Assembly (NCBI GenBank): GCA_028284775.1
Contig: JANQRB010000074.1
Location: 3,256 to 67,255 of the forward strand
DNA: 64,000 bases
Reading direction: 5' to 3'
Source of the DNA: Candidatus Kapaibacterium sp.
GTDB taxonomy: Bacteria > Bacteroidota > Ignavibacteria > Kapaibacteriales > UBA7675
Position 1 is the stretch's first letter. Every line of letters starts with the position of its first letter. Below are positions 31,029 to 40,560 of this stretch, one piece after another. Below the pieces are notes generated by a model, which worked only from the letters and a program-made list of their open reading frames with translations, did not search any database and was not told where the DNA came from. The translations under genes and the position numbers were made by a program.

Positions 31029-31784
31029 ATGAAGACCCAGGAACAGGACGTACAAGTCCACAATAGAGAGCAGGTAGACTATTTCAGCTCTAAGGTCAAG
31101 CCGACGATGGTCCCTGAAGATACGCCGTACATCGTCAGACAGATTGATGAATTACTTGCATTCGGCAATATCGGACCTGGTAATCGGGTACTGGACGTCG
31201 GCTGCGGCATGGGACGATATACGCTGAATATTGCAGGACGAGGCATTAACATCGAGGGCCTTGACCTGACGCCCTTCCTGCTGGAAAAACTGAATGAGTA
31301 TAACAACGGCCGATACAATATTCCTCTTCATTGTGCAGACATTATCGATCATCCGGAAGAAATGAACGGCAGATACGACGCCGTGATTGGTTTTTTTACC
31401 CTACATCATTTGCACAACATCCCGGTCTGCTATCAAGCCATGGCAAAAATGGTGAAGCCAGGTGGATCGATCTTGTTTCTGGAGCCGAATGCCTATAATC
31501 CTTTGTACTACATTCAGGTTGCGATTTCGCCTGGCATGAAATGGAAGGGCGGCGACGAAGGTATCGTTGACATGCGTAGGAGCGTAGTATTCGATGCAAT
31601 GAAGTCGGCCGGATTAACAGATCTACAGCTAAAGCGCTTTGGTTTTTTCCCACCTTTTCTTGCCAACCGGAGCTGGGGTCAGCGCCTGGAAATAGCGCTG
31701 GAAAAGTTTCCGGTCTGGGGTCCGATGTTGCCATTTCAGATATTCAAGGGAAGCAAACCGGGGCATGAGAATTCCGCCGTTTAA
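31029..31784 (+). CDS. Class I SAM-dependent methyltransferase
   Basis: 'VLDVGCGMG', 'LHH', 'KPGG..LFLEPN'. Confidence 0.88.
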   Translation: MKTQEQDVQVHNREQVDYFSSKVKPTMVPEDTPYIVRQIDELLAFGNIGPGNRVLDVGCGMGRYTLNIAGRGINIEGLDLTPFLLEKLNEYNNGRYNIPLHCADIIDHPEEMNGRYDAVIGFFTLHHLHNIPVCYQAMAKMVKPGGSILFLEPNAYNPLYYIQVAISPGMKWKGGDEGIVDMRRSVVFDAMKSAGLTDLQLKRFGFFPPFLANRSWGQRLEIALEKFPVWGPMLPFQIFKGSKPGHENSAV

Positions 31785-33294
31785 GAGTGAAGCCGAAGAA
31801 AATGAGCCGGATTTACCTTGGTTCAGGTCAACGCCGTCGCAACTAGCGTTTGTCTATTTGATGTCGATCCTCATATTGCTCCAATATGGAATCGATAAAC
31901 AGGCAATTCAGCACGACTGCGCCTATCTAATGTACATGGGGCAGGTCGTTTTCCGGGGAGATGCGCTCTATTCTTCCACTACCTTCGGCTATACGCCCTA
32001 TGGGCCGATGCTTTCGGCGTTTACAATGCATATCGGCCAGCTATTTGGCTTTAAAACATATCTGGCGCCCCGTTACTTCAGTTTGATTGTGGCGGCTCTC
32101 AATTCCTGTTTATTGTATCTGATTGCTCGCAACATCTCGCGCAGCAGCCGGATGGGTATATTCGCGGGCCTGACTTTAAGTGGATTTGGCTATCTGGCGA
32201 TTCTCAGTATCAGCAGCCTCGAACCAAAATTGATGGTTGTCACATGCATGCTACTGGCAATGCACGCGCTGCAGCAACACCGATGGCTGGTAGCCGGCGC
32301 AGCCAGTGCCGCGGCCGCAATGTTCTGGCAGCCCGCCCTCATCATAACGCCTGCGATAGCGACAATGCTGATCCTGTTTGATTCCGCGGCCTTGTTAAAG
32401 CGACTTGCAAGGTTTTGCGCAGGCTATTTCCTGGGCCTCCTGCCGGCAATCATCTATCTGACGAGTACGCAGGACTGGAGTAATTTTTATTTCCAGGCAA
32501 TCGTCAGGAAAGCCTTAACCGATCTTCCCAATGCTGCCGATGCTCCTATTTCATGGCTGGGTGACGCTCTGACGATATACTATACGGAAGTATTCGTCTT
32601 TGTGTTTGCACTTGCGGGTTTCATTTACTGTATCATCCGCTTGCTGATTCTGTCGAAGGCATCGCGAAACGAACTCTTGATCAATGGAGGATATGGCGCA
32701 GTCATACTCTTAACGCTGCTTTGGTCATTGTTTAACAGCATTGAGTTTGATGGTGGTCAGGATTTGGTACCCATTCTTCCACTCCTGGCTTTTTGGTTCG
32801 CATACCTTCTTGATGAACTACTTCGTAGAGGGCGCCACATTGCACCCCGCTACGCGAAGGCCAAAAAGGCCGTAACAGCCGCCGTTCTGACCCTGGTGGG
32901 GGGCTACCTCTATTTCGATGCCATGTCGTACAAACCGACATACACGCTCTCGGCTCAATACGAAACGCTGAACAATTGTATTGACTCTGCCAATCCGCCG
33001 CCCCGATTTCTAAGTTTTAATGCTGAAGAATTCTATGTATTAACCGAACAGCGCGCCCCCCTGCGCTATACGCAGTTGGGTAGATGGATAGAGCTCTTAA
33101 TCGATCACTACGAACCCGGGAAAATCGATGGTTTTCTGGCTTCCCTAAAAAGAGAATTACCGCCAATCGTGATCATCCGGCACAAGAAAGACAGCGCCGT
33201 TCAGGACAGTATTGAGAGCTTTTTGGCGGATTACACAAAATCGAGCATCGTAGCTCCCGGTTTATACAAAGGATATTCGCTTTACAGAAAGTAA
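31765..33294 (+). CDS. GT-C fold membrane glycosyltransferase (ArnT/PMT-like)
   Basis: Periplasmic 'HD..YLMYMG...GDALY...TPYGP' after the first TM, ~11 TMs, soluble C-terminal domain. Confidence 0.65.
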   Translation: MRIPPFKSEAEENEPDLPWFRSTPSQLAFVYLMSILILLQYGIDKQAIQHDCAYLMYMGQVVFRGDALYSSTTFGYTPYGPMLSAFTMHIGQLFGFKTYLAPRYFSLIVAALNSCLLYLIARNISRSSRMGIFAGLTLSGFGYLAILSISSLEPKLMVVTCMLLAMHALQQHRWLVAGAASAAAAMFWQPALIITPAIATMLILFDSAALLKRLARFCAGYFLGLLPAIIYLTSTQDWSNFYFQAIVRKALTDLPNAADAPISWLGDALTIYYTEVFVFVFALAGFIYCIIRLLILSKASRNELLINGGYGAVILLTLLWSLFNSIEFDGGQDLVPILPLLAFWFAYLLDELLRRGRHIAPRYAKAKKAVTAAVLTLVGGYLYFDAMSYKPTYTLSAQYETLNNCIDSANPPPRFLSFNAEEFYVLTEQRAPLRYTQLGRWIELLIDHYEPGKIDGFLASLKRELPPIVIIRHKKDSAVQDSIESFLADYTKSSIVAPGLYKGYSLYRK

Positions 33295-33425
33295 CAGTAG
33301 ACTGTTCGAATGAACAAGACCGGAGTAACTGGCTGTAGAGGGATGATGAGCTGCTATCTTAATAGTTGGAGTACATGGCCGAGACCTTTCGCTCAGTGCG
33401 AAGTCTTGTCGGAGTGGAAATCAGT

Positions 33426-34967
33426 TTACAGCTGAGCAAGCCCGCGCTCCGCTACTTTACGCTTAAACACCTCTACAATCGAAACTTCGTCCGCTTTACT
33501 TTCCAGCCAGAACAGTAATTCAGTTCGGCCCAGGGGAATGCTCTCGGCACAGCCTTGCACAAGTGTTGTGAGCTCAGCATGCAGCTGTCGGCAGATCGCG
33601 GCTATTTCCGCGGGCCGCGTGGTAGCGGCGATTTTATTGAGACCGGCAAGGTAAGTTTTGACAAAGTCATCGAGGCGTTTCCTGCGCTTCAGATAGCGCT
33701 GCGCTGAACGAACGAGCGAGTCAAGCAAATCCAGGCTGCCCAATTCGACATGCAACACTGGCAACAGCAGACGCGCGCATTCCTGAATGTCACGGCGAAT
33801 TTCAATCTGCGCCTGCGACAGAATTTTTTCGAGCCACTGCAGAGTGCGGGCAAAATCGCCGCTGAAGAACAGGAGCAGCATAATGTTGTAGTGAAAAATC
33901 ATTACGCGTGCTTCACTCAGCTTACCGGCATAAGTGTTTAAGCGATGTTCGATTTCATCTATGAGAGCCAGGCTGTCGTCAAAGCTGCCGGTCTGTAATC
34001 GGAAAGTCAGCTCCAGGTAGTAAACGTTCTCGAAAGTCCTGATTTCGTCATGCAGCGAATCCGAGGGCAGCGCTTTGATCGATTGCAGCACCGGCTGGAT
34101 TTCGTCTAAGCGTTCAGCCGCAATACATGCATTCAGGTAATTGGTAAGGATGGCTTTGTAGCGCGCAGCTTCAAATGAAATTCTCTGCGGATGGTTGTTC
34201 CACAATTCAACCAGGCGTTTTTGATAAGCGTAGGTTTTATTTTTACGGCCGGTAATCATTGAATGTAGTGCGTGGATCTGAAGATAGCTCGATTTTGCCC
34301 GAAAGGTCAAAGCCTGCCTTTCACTCTTCAAAAGCGAGTGCGTCATTATCTCCTGCAAGCGGGCGAATGTTTGCGCATCCTGGGCGTGCATTTGCTGCTT
34401 CACAAGGATTGTCATGCGCGTATTGAGATCGGCGTAAACTTTTTCATTGTTTAACTTGGCAAGTGTCATTTGTTCGCGTTCCAGGATATCCGTCAGTTCG
34501 CCCTCGATGTTTTTCTTTTGCTGTTGAAGGGTCGTCATCCGTTCCATATCCAGAATTTCGAGCAATTCGAGATGCCGGTCGAATTGTTCGGCCTGGACCC
34601 GGGCCTTTTTCAAAAACTTGTGGCCCAGCTTGTATAGCCCGCGGTCAAAAAGGATAGCGATACTCCGCACCATCTCCTGTAGGCCTGCAAGCTGCGATTT
34701 CCCTGTTTGATGCAGGTAGAGACTGTGCACGATAAGTCTGGCGAGTTGATAGCGTGTCGAGGGTAGGTGAGCCACAAAGCTTTCGTGGCGTAGTTTTTTA
34801 CGTAGTCGGTCTTCATCAGTGCCGCCGTAGCGCTCGATGGCCTCAAAGAGTTTCAGGTAGTTATTGCGTCCGAGTTTGCTGTTACGCCTTGCCAACTGGC
34901 GAAACGATCGCTTTTCGCTAGCGCTCATCGATTGAATGAGCTGGTAGACTTCCTTCGTGGCTTTCAT
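33426..34967 (-). CDS. ~510-aa all-helical/TPR-like protein, putative regulator (paralog of 51413..52960)
   Basis: N-terminus 'VYQLIQSMSASEKRSF...NNYLKLFEAI', C-terminus 'LFWLESK'; start MKATK at 34967. Confidence 0.7.
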   Translation of the reverse strand: MKATKEVYQLIQSMSASEKRSFRQLARRNSKLGRNNYLKLFEAIERYGGTDEDRLRKKLRHESFVAHLPSTRYQLARLIVHSLYLHQTGKSQLAGLQEMVRSIAILFDRGLYKLGHKFLKKARVQAEQFDRHLELLEILDMERMTTLQQQKKNIEGELTDILEREQMTLAKLNNEKVYADLNTRMTILVKQQMHAQDAQTFARLQEIMTHSLLKSERQALTFRAKSSYLQIHALHSMITGRKNKTYAYQKRLVELWNNHPQRISFEAARYKAILTNYLNACIAAERLDEIQPVLQSIKALPSDSLHDEIRTFENVYYLELTFRLQTGSFDDSLALIDEIEHRLNTYAGKLSEARVMIFHYNIMLLLFFSGDFARTLQWLEKILSQAQIEIRRDIQECARLLLPVLHVELGSLDLLDSLVRSAQRYLKRRKRLDDFVKTYLAGLNKIAATTRPAEIAAICRQLHAELTTLVQGCAESIPLGRTELLFWLESKADEVSIVEVFKRKVAERGLAQL

Positions 34968-35238
34968 TCGAATGTATCTCCTGTCGCTGTTGCAGCTCGC
35001 TCCCGACCGACTCGCAAGGTCTGGCAGACCGACCTTCTCGCTAGTTACAAAAATCAGCGGCATTTGCCAAGCAGTATCTCCTTCAATTTCAGCATTATTC
35101 CTCCGGCAGTTAACTTGTTTGTTATTATGTAATTAGCGAACGTTTCAAGCTCGCAGGTTGGCAAATTTTGTCAGATTTGCGTTTCAAAAAATTATCGAGT
35201 TTGGCTGGTACAGATACATTGGAATACGGTAATTGCAG

Positions 35239-35281
35239 CTGTTCAATCTGTTGGTCTGTCCGACAAAACAATCTGTCAAAA
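35239..35281 (+). promoter_or_regulatory. Shared motif CTGyTsAATCTGTTGG-N20-GTCAAAA (copy 1)
   Basis: 14/16 plus 7/7 identity with identical spacing to 53653-53695. Confidence 0.55.
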
Positions 35282-35301
35282 TCATTCACAAGGAGCGAGC
35301 G

Positions 35302-35718
35302 ATGATGAATGAAGTATTAGCAGGCGGAAATGGAATCAGCAATCTACAGGAAATTCAAGTGTCCGATCTGGAACATTGTGCGGGCGCCAATACCTGGAAT
35401 ATCGGCCCCTTTAAGATCATTTTCACCAAATTTCCCAACGACGACACGAAGCTGACCGTTACGGTTTTTTCCTACCGTTGTGGAGGAGGCAGCGGTTACA
35501 GCACTCAACAGACCTTAAACACAATTTCCAAGGCCACCTGGGGATGGCGATTCCCCGAACAAAGTCACATGACAATTGCATTCAGATTAATTACTATGCC
35601 AAACTGTAATGATGTGGCGCAAGTTGCGATCGCCGCGTTTAACGATCTCGAATCACCGGGATGGACTGTCGGGGCCCTTGATTGGGCCGACATTATATAC
35701 GGTGAAGGTTCAGACTGA
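35302..35718 (+). CDS. Hypothetical protein with double-glycine-type leader-like N-terminus
   Basis: AGGAG RBS; 'NLQEIQVSDLEHCAG|A' resembles ELsxxELxxxxGG/GA leaders. Confidence 0.6.
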   Translation: MMNEVLAGGNGISNLQEIQVSDLEHCAGANTWNIGPFKIIFTKFPNDDTKLTVTVFSYRCGGGSGYSTQQTLNTISKATWGWRFPEQSHMTIAFRLITMPNCNDVAQVAIAAFNDLESPGWTVGALDWADIIYGEGSD

Positions 35719-36376
35719 GACATTCATTAGCAGGGGCGAGATTGGTCACGTAGCGGAATCTCACTGACGAGACGCATAATGTTTTGAAGTGTAGGCCGGA
35801 CCATTGAGCGGTTCGGCTGCTCGCTCGCCGGCATGCTTCTGAGTCGAATTGAAGCGGAGGCATGCCGGTACTTTCAAAAGCCGACAATCGCAGATCGGTT
35901 GGCAAGGTTCAAATATCGGCAGACATCGCCAGAGCATGATTTTGGCGCATGCAACACATACCCTGAGCCGTCTTTTAGGATAGTTCGTAAGCTGTGGCTG
36001 TAGTGAGGTATTAACTCACGCCAGGAATTTCCTTGACGCAGTCTTCCGTGGCAACGGACCTCGACGGCTGTCGGCAAAAGTTGACGGAAAACAGAACTTC
36101 GTGCTGTAGCTCGACCGGGCGGGCTGAGCTCCTGAAGTTCATTCGACCTTACTGCAGCAATTGAATTCAGCGAGTTTCCAACTACTTCACTTAGTTGGTA
36201 TTACCTACGTACTGCATTGCCTCCTTGTGTCCTGCTGCAAAAACACCAGGACAACAATTTGATAAAACAGAAAACAAGCTGTCTTTTGCCTCCGAATTGC
36301 TCATAGCGCGTTTAGGCACCTGGCAAGTCGGGACATAAGTACAGGAAGTTTATCATTTGCTAATTTGGAGAGTATT

Positions 36377-36856
36377 ATGGCAAGCGAAACACTTGATAGT
36401 TACTATGAGCAACTTAACGCAGATTCACAGATACGTGAGAGATACGTGCGGGATCTGAGCGCGGCGCTCCGGTCTGGCGGCGTGACGATCGATGAAGCTC
36501 AAATCACACAGATGATCGCAAACGCCGGACAGGAGGCGGCTCAGCCGGCACTCAGCGCATCGGTACCGCTGCCGGAGTTCACGGCGCACTGGTGGGGCTT
36601 TCGGATCAAAATTTCTTCGGAATTCCTCAAGTGGATATCGATATCAGGCGTTGCTGTCGGAGCCCTGGTATTGATGCTGGCGCCTCTGGCGGTGTTGTTG
36701 GGTCCGATTGCGGCAGCGGTCGTCGGCGCGCTGGCGGTCTATCTCCTGGCTCAACATACGGCCCTGCTCATCCAGGCGAATAACTGCGGCGGATTCGTAT
36801 GCCTCGAAGCCTTGTGGATCTCCCCGGTCGTTTTTGTTCCAAAGTGCTGTTCCTGA
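36377..36856 (+). CDS. NHLP/Nif11-like leader plus hydrophobic Cys-ended core; bacteriocin/RiPP precursor candidate
   Basis: GGAG RBS; 'YYEQLNADSQIRERYVRDLSAALRSGGVTIDE', 'HWWG', G/A-rich hydrophobic hairpin, 4 Cys at C-terminus. Confidence 0.6.
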   Translation: MASETLDSYYEQLNADSQIRERYVRDLSAALRSGGVTIDEAQITQMIANAGQEAAQPALSASVPLPEFTAHWWGFRIKISSEFLKWISISGVAVGALVLMLAPLAVLLGPIAAAVVGALAVYLLAQHTALLIQANNCGGFVCLEALWISPVVFVPKCCS

Positions 36857-37010
36857 TGCTCACAATGACGGGGAATGGTTGCGACCATTCCTCGTCGGAC
36901 TTTTCTGGCATTTCAATGGCCTCTCTGTCAACGACACTCTGTCAGTCTAATGTGGTGAATAGACAGGTCTGTTGTTCAATTGCCGGTGAATTGAACAAGC
37001 TTGAACGCCT

Positions 37011-37226
37011 TTGAAAGTTGTCTGTATCACAAGCGGTGACTTGTTGAACGGTGTGTTAAAAGTTGGAGCCTACTTCATTGGCGAATGGAATATGATAATG
37101 GGGAATTATCATATTGCACAAGAGTACTTCACAAAAACACTTGCCTTAGATCCGGGCAATCGGAATGCGATCGAATCGTTGAGAATAATTGCTGAAAGAG
37201 AAAAAGAGTCGTCCGATACCGACTAA
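37011..37226 (+). pseudogene. Single-TPR fragment
   Basis: 'MGNYHIAQEYFTKTLALDPGNRNAIESL' is a canonical terminal TPR with no convincing upstream body. Confidence 0.4.
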
Positions 37227-37284
37227 TGCGTTGAGCCATTGCGCTTCGTTGAGTATCGGACGACTGATAAAACGTTGTAATTCG

Positions 37285-38172
37285 CTAGGCTGACCGCAGT
37301 ACTGTTTCCCTGGGCTCGGCGATGAGACTCTCCATCGGCGTTTTCTCCAGGTTGGCCCATTCCGCCATCGAAGCATCGTAGAGCTTCACTTCGGGATAGC
37401 CCAGCAACTCGAGGCAAAAAGCCATAAAAGAAGCTCGCACGCCAGCCTGACAATGGACGACGATGGTCCTTTCGCGGTCAATTCCCGTTTCATTCAGCAG
37501 ACGCTCCATGTCTGCAGCCGACTGCAATACCTGCGCCCCTTCGAACTCATCGGATGGCCGAAGCATTCGTTTCCATTCAAGATGGTAGGCGCCGGGGATA
37601 TGTCCGCCCCTCGCATTGCCAGCGCGATTGGCGCCGCTGTACTCCTCATCGGAACGGACATCCAGAATCTGCCAGTCATGCTTGCGAAAGTTTGCCAGCA
37701 GCTGATCGAGCGTTGCCAGCTTAGCGCCATGTTCGCATAGGGAAGGGGCTGCCATGGCCGGCGCTTTTGATTCAATCGCAAAGCTGATCGGCAGCCCGGC
37801 CGCAACCCAGGCCTGCCAGCCGCCATCGAGAATGCGAGCATCCCCGAATCCATAATAACGCAGCAGCCACCACATCCGAGTCGCAAAGTGATTCTGCCAG
37901 TCGTCGTAGCAGATTACCGTCGAGTCCGCTTCAATGCCTAATGAATGCACCAGCGTCCGGAATTCATCCGCATCGGGTAAGTGCCGAGACGCCTGCCCCT
38001 CGCCTGTAGATTTGATGTAGGGATGTCCCGGCCTCATCAGAGCTCCGGGGATGTGAGCACGCTTGTACGCATTCGCATCCCAGTTGCAATCGATTATTAC
38101 GACCTTTTCATCGTCCAGCTTTTTCGATAGCCAGTGAACCGTTGTAATGAGTTGGGAATTGAGGAATGACAT
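37285..38172 (-). CDS. Tandem-domain sulfurtransferase (rhodanese, SseA-like)
   Basis: 'AHIPGA', 'LDGGW..W', 'GHIPGA', active-site 'HCQAGVRA', 'YDASMAEW'. Confidence 0.9.
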   Translation of the reverse strand: MSFLNSQLITTVHWLSKKLDDEKVVIIDCNWDANAYKRAHIPGALMRPGHPYIKSTGEGQASRHLPDADEFRTLVHSLGIEADSTVICYDDWQNHFATRMWWLLRYYGFGDARILDGGWQAWVAAGLPISFAIESKAPAMAAPSLCEHGAKLATLDQLLANFRKHDWQILDVRSDEEYSGANRAGNARGGHIPGAYHLEWKRMLRPSDEFEGAQVLQSAADMERLLNETGIDRERTIVVHCQAGVRASFMAFCLELLGYPEVKLYDASMAEWANLEKTPMESLIAEPRETVLRSA

Positions 38173-38201
38173 ATTGTTGTCTTGAGATTTGTTCAAGGAT
38201 T

Positions 38202-38705
38202 TCAGTTATTCTCAACCGCCCGCTTGAGATTGCTTAACATCTTGTCGTAGAATTGAACCTGCTTGGCTATTGATTCCGGCGTTTGGGGACCGGACTCGGT
38301 ATAGGACAGCTTAAAGCGAACGACGGTTTGATTGCCACTGGAATTTAATAACCAGCGTTGGCTGCAGAAGTAGCTGGCGTTTTCCGGGTCCCAGACAAAT
38401 CGCAACTCGGAATTGCGAACGGACTTGATGACAACGAAGCTGCCTTTGTCGCCCCAAACGGCAAGATTGACATTGTCACCCACAGCCGCGATCTTTTTGT
38501 CGCCCGACTCATAGTTGTAATTGAGGAGATTGCAAAATTTCTTCGTATTCGTCAGAACTTTCCAGACATCCGCCGGGCTGGCATTGATCGTCACGCTGCC
38601 CTCAAATTTCTGGCCGCCCAGTTTAACGTTCGTTGCCGGAGAGTTAGAGAATGAGTCCGACGTGCAGGCCAAAAACAACAGTGCAATAATTAAATAGCTC
38701 TTCAT
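38202..38705 (-). CDS. SRPBCC-domain lipoprotein
   Basis: Lipobox 'FLAC'; 'SVTINASPADVWKVLT'. Confidence 0.75.
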   Translation of the reverse strand: MKSYLIIALLFLACTSDSFSNSPATNVKLGGQKFEGSVTINASPADVWKVLTNTKKFCNLLNYNYESGDKKIAAVGDNVNLAVWGDKGSFVVIKSVRNSELRFVWDPENASYFCSQRWLLNSSGNQTVVRFKLSYTESGPQTPESIAKQVQFYDKMLSNLKRAVENN

Positions 38706-38877
38706 GATTAACTCAGCTGGAAAATGTGTACTTGTGATTACGGGTTAGTTTGATTTGCCAAAGAGGACCGACTCAAACAATTACAGACTAAGAGTATCGA
38801 TGACCGTAAGTGAAAGCTATTGTTGAGTCAGTCGTATGAAATCACTTCATCCAATGGATGAGGTCGGCATTCTTTCA

Positions 38878-39261
38878 TCACTGGCTGCTTAAATAGGCGC
38901 CGACTTCCTGTAGTTCTTTCATGAATAGCTCTCTGTCATAATTGGTCCCGTTAAAATAGCCGCTCCACCCGGCTCCAAAACGGGCCAGGAGAACGGCCTC
39001 TTGAATCTCTTCCTCACTGGCGCCGTGAAGCCCGGCAACGCCGGTATGGAAATTTGTGCAGTACCAACATTGTTTAACCGCGGCGGCCGCGATTCCGATA
39101 AGCTCGCGGTACTTGGGCGGAATGGACGTATCTTCGCGCAAGACGGCTCTCTTGAACAAGGTCCATTCACTCTCAATAGTGTCTTCAGGCATTTCGCGCA
39201 AAAACTGCGGCACCTGACCTAAAGTTTCCGTGACTTCGGCGAACACTTCATCGCGGCTCAT
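38878..39261 (-). CDS. Carboxymuconolactone decarboxylase/AhpD-like protein
   Basis: 'IPPKYRELIGIA', 'CWYC..FH', 'GASEEEI.EA'. Confidence 0.88.
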   Translation of the reverse strand: MSRDEVFAEVTETLGQVPQFLREMPEDTIESEWTLFKRAVLREDTSIPPKYRELIGIAAAAVKQCWYCTNFHTGVAGLHGASEEEIQEAVLLARFGAGWSGYFNGTNYDRELFMKELQEVGAYLSSQ

Positions 39262-39401
39262 AAATCTTCCATTGTAGATTTGTAAAAAACATTTTGTCGG
39301 CCTTGGCGAAAGTCCTTGACTCATTCACGTGCTTGCTCAAAGCCTGAGCCAAGCTAAGGCTTGGGTGATACAATAAAAAATAATATATTTGAGCATCTGA
39401 T

Positions 39402-39415
39402 ATAAATATATTTAT
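39402..39415. promoter_or_regulatory. Palindrome ATAAATATATTTAT, probable LysR recognition site
   Basis: Perfect 14-bp palindrome between the divergent LysR gene and AhpD-like operon. Confidence 0.5.
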
Positions 39416-39427
39416 TTGTGACTTTCT

Positions 39428-40309
39428 ATGTCAATCAATTTGGAATGGCTGCGGACCTTCCGGGCCGTCTACAAGAGCAAATCCTTAACCAGGGCATCGA
39501 AGCAATTGTTACTGACCCAACCGGCCGTCAGTCAACATATCGCGGCCCTGGAAGCACGGGCAGGCATAAAGCTCTTCACCAGAAAATCAAGAGGAGTAGC
39601 GCCAACCGAGTATGCCAAAACCCTAAATAATATGGTGGCTAATTCACTTGATGATCTGGAGAAAGTGGAAGCTTTATTCAGTGATGAGTCAAAGATCCAA
39701 AACCCCATCATCACAATTGGTATTTCAGAGCATTTGTACAAGGCCACGCTGGCGGGAATTTTGTCGCAAATCGAAGAGCAGGTTCACATAAAGTTCGGAG
39801 ATCAGGGAACTCTGATCAAAGAGGTTGAGGCAAGCAACATTCTCATCGCTGTTATCCCGGAAAAAATTAACACTTTTGACACTGTCTGCCATTCGCTGTT
39901 CAAGCAAAAGCTGATCCTGGTCTGTACTCCCGACATCGACATTGCTGAATTCGAGCAGTTGTTCCAGGTGGACAAAAAACTCGCCGAACGCTGGCTGTCG
40001 CAACAAGCCTGGTATTCGCATCGGCCGATCACTCCATTTATTAAACAGTTCTGGCTGAAAATTTTTGACAAAAAGAGACCTACGATCGTTCCCCAACGCG
40101 TGATTCCCAATGAAAATGAAGTACTGTATCAGTTGTCCCAGGGATCCGGCATGGCCTTGTGTTATGACAACAACGCCGCCCCCTACATTGCCGATGCCAC
40201 GCTTGTTGCCGCGAGCATTGACACGTCCATTAGCAGAGAAGTGTGTTTACTGGCTAACAGAAGCACGGACTCAAGACTTATCGAATTGATGCTGGGAATG
40301 CTCACCTAA
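39428..40309 (+). CDS. LysR family transcriptional regulator
   Basis: 'LEWLRTF.AVY...SLTRAS..L..TQPAVSQHI..LE'. Confidence 0.93.
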   Translation: MSINLEWLRTFRAVYKSKSLTRASKQLLLTQPAVSQHIAALEARAGIKLFTRKSRGVAPTEYAKTLNNMVANSLDDLEKVEALFSDESKIQNPIITIGISEHLYKATLAGILSQIEEQVHIKFGDQGTLIKEVEASNILIAVIPEKINTFDTVCHSLFKQKLILVCTPDIDIAEFEQLFQVDKKLAERWLSQQAWYSHRPITPFIKQFWLKIFDKKRPTIVPQRVIPNENEVLYQLSQGSGMALCYDNNAAPYIADATLVAASIDTSISREVCLLANRSTDSRLIELMLGMLT

Positions 40310-40560
40310 TTTGGTGCTATCAGATTATCTATCTCTCATCATTCAGTGTCAGCAGATCTTACGAAGTTATAGTTTCGACTCGATGATTGCTGTCGCTGTC
40401 ATCATGCATGAGTTCCGAAGCATTGAGCGCAGGCCTGATTATTAACCAACAAAAATTCATCAATGTTACACATTGTTATCACTATATTGCCTAACAACCG
40501 AATTAGTCGTTTTGAGGAGTTTCGAACTACAATCTGATACAATTTGTCCGGGCGCTGACT

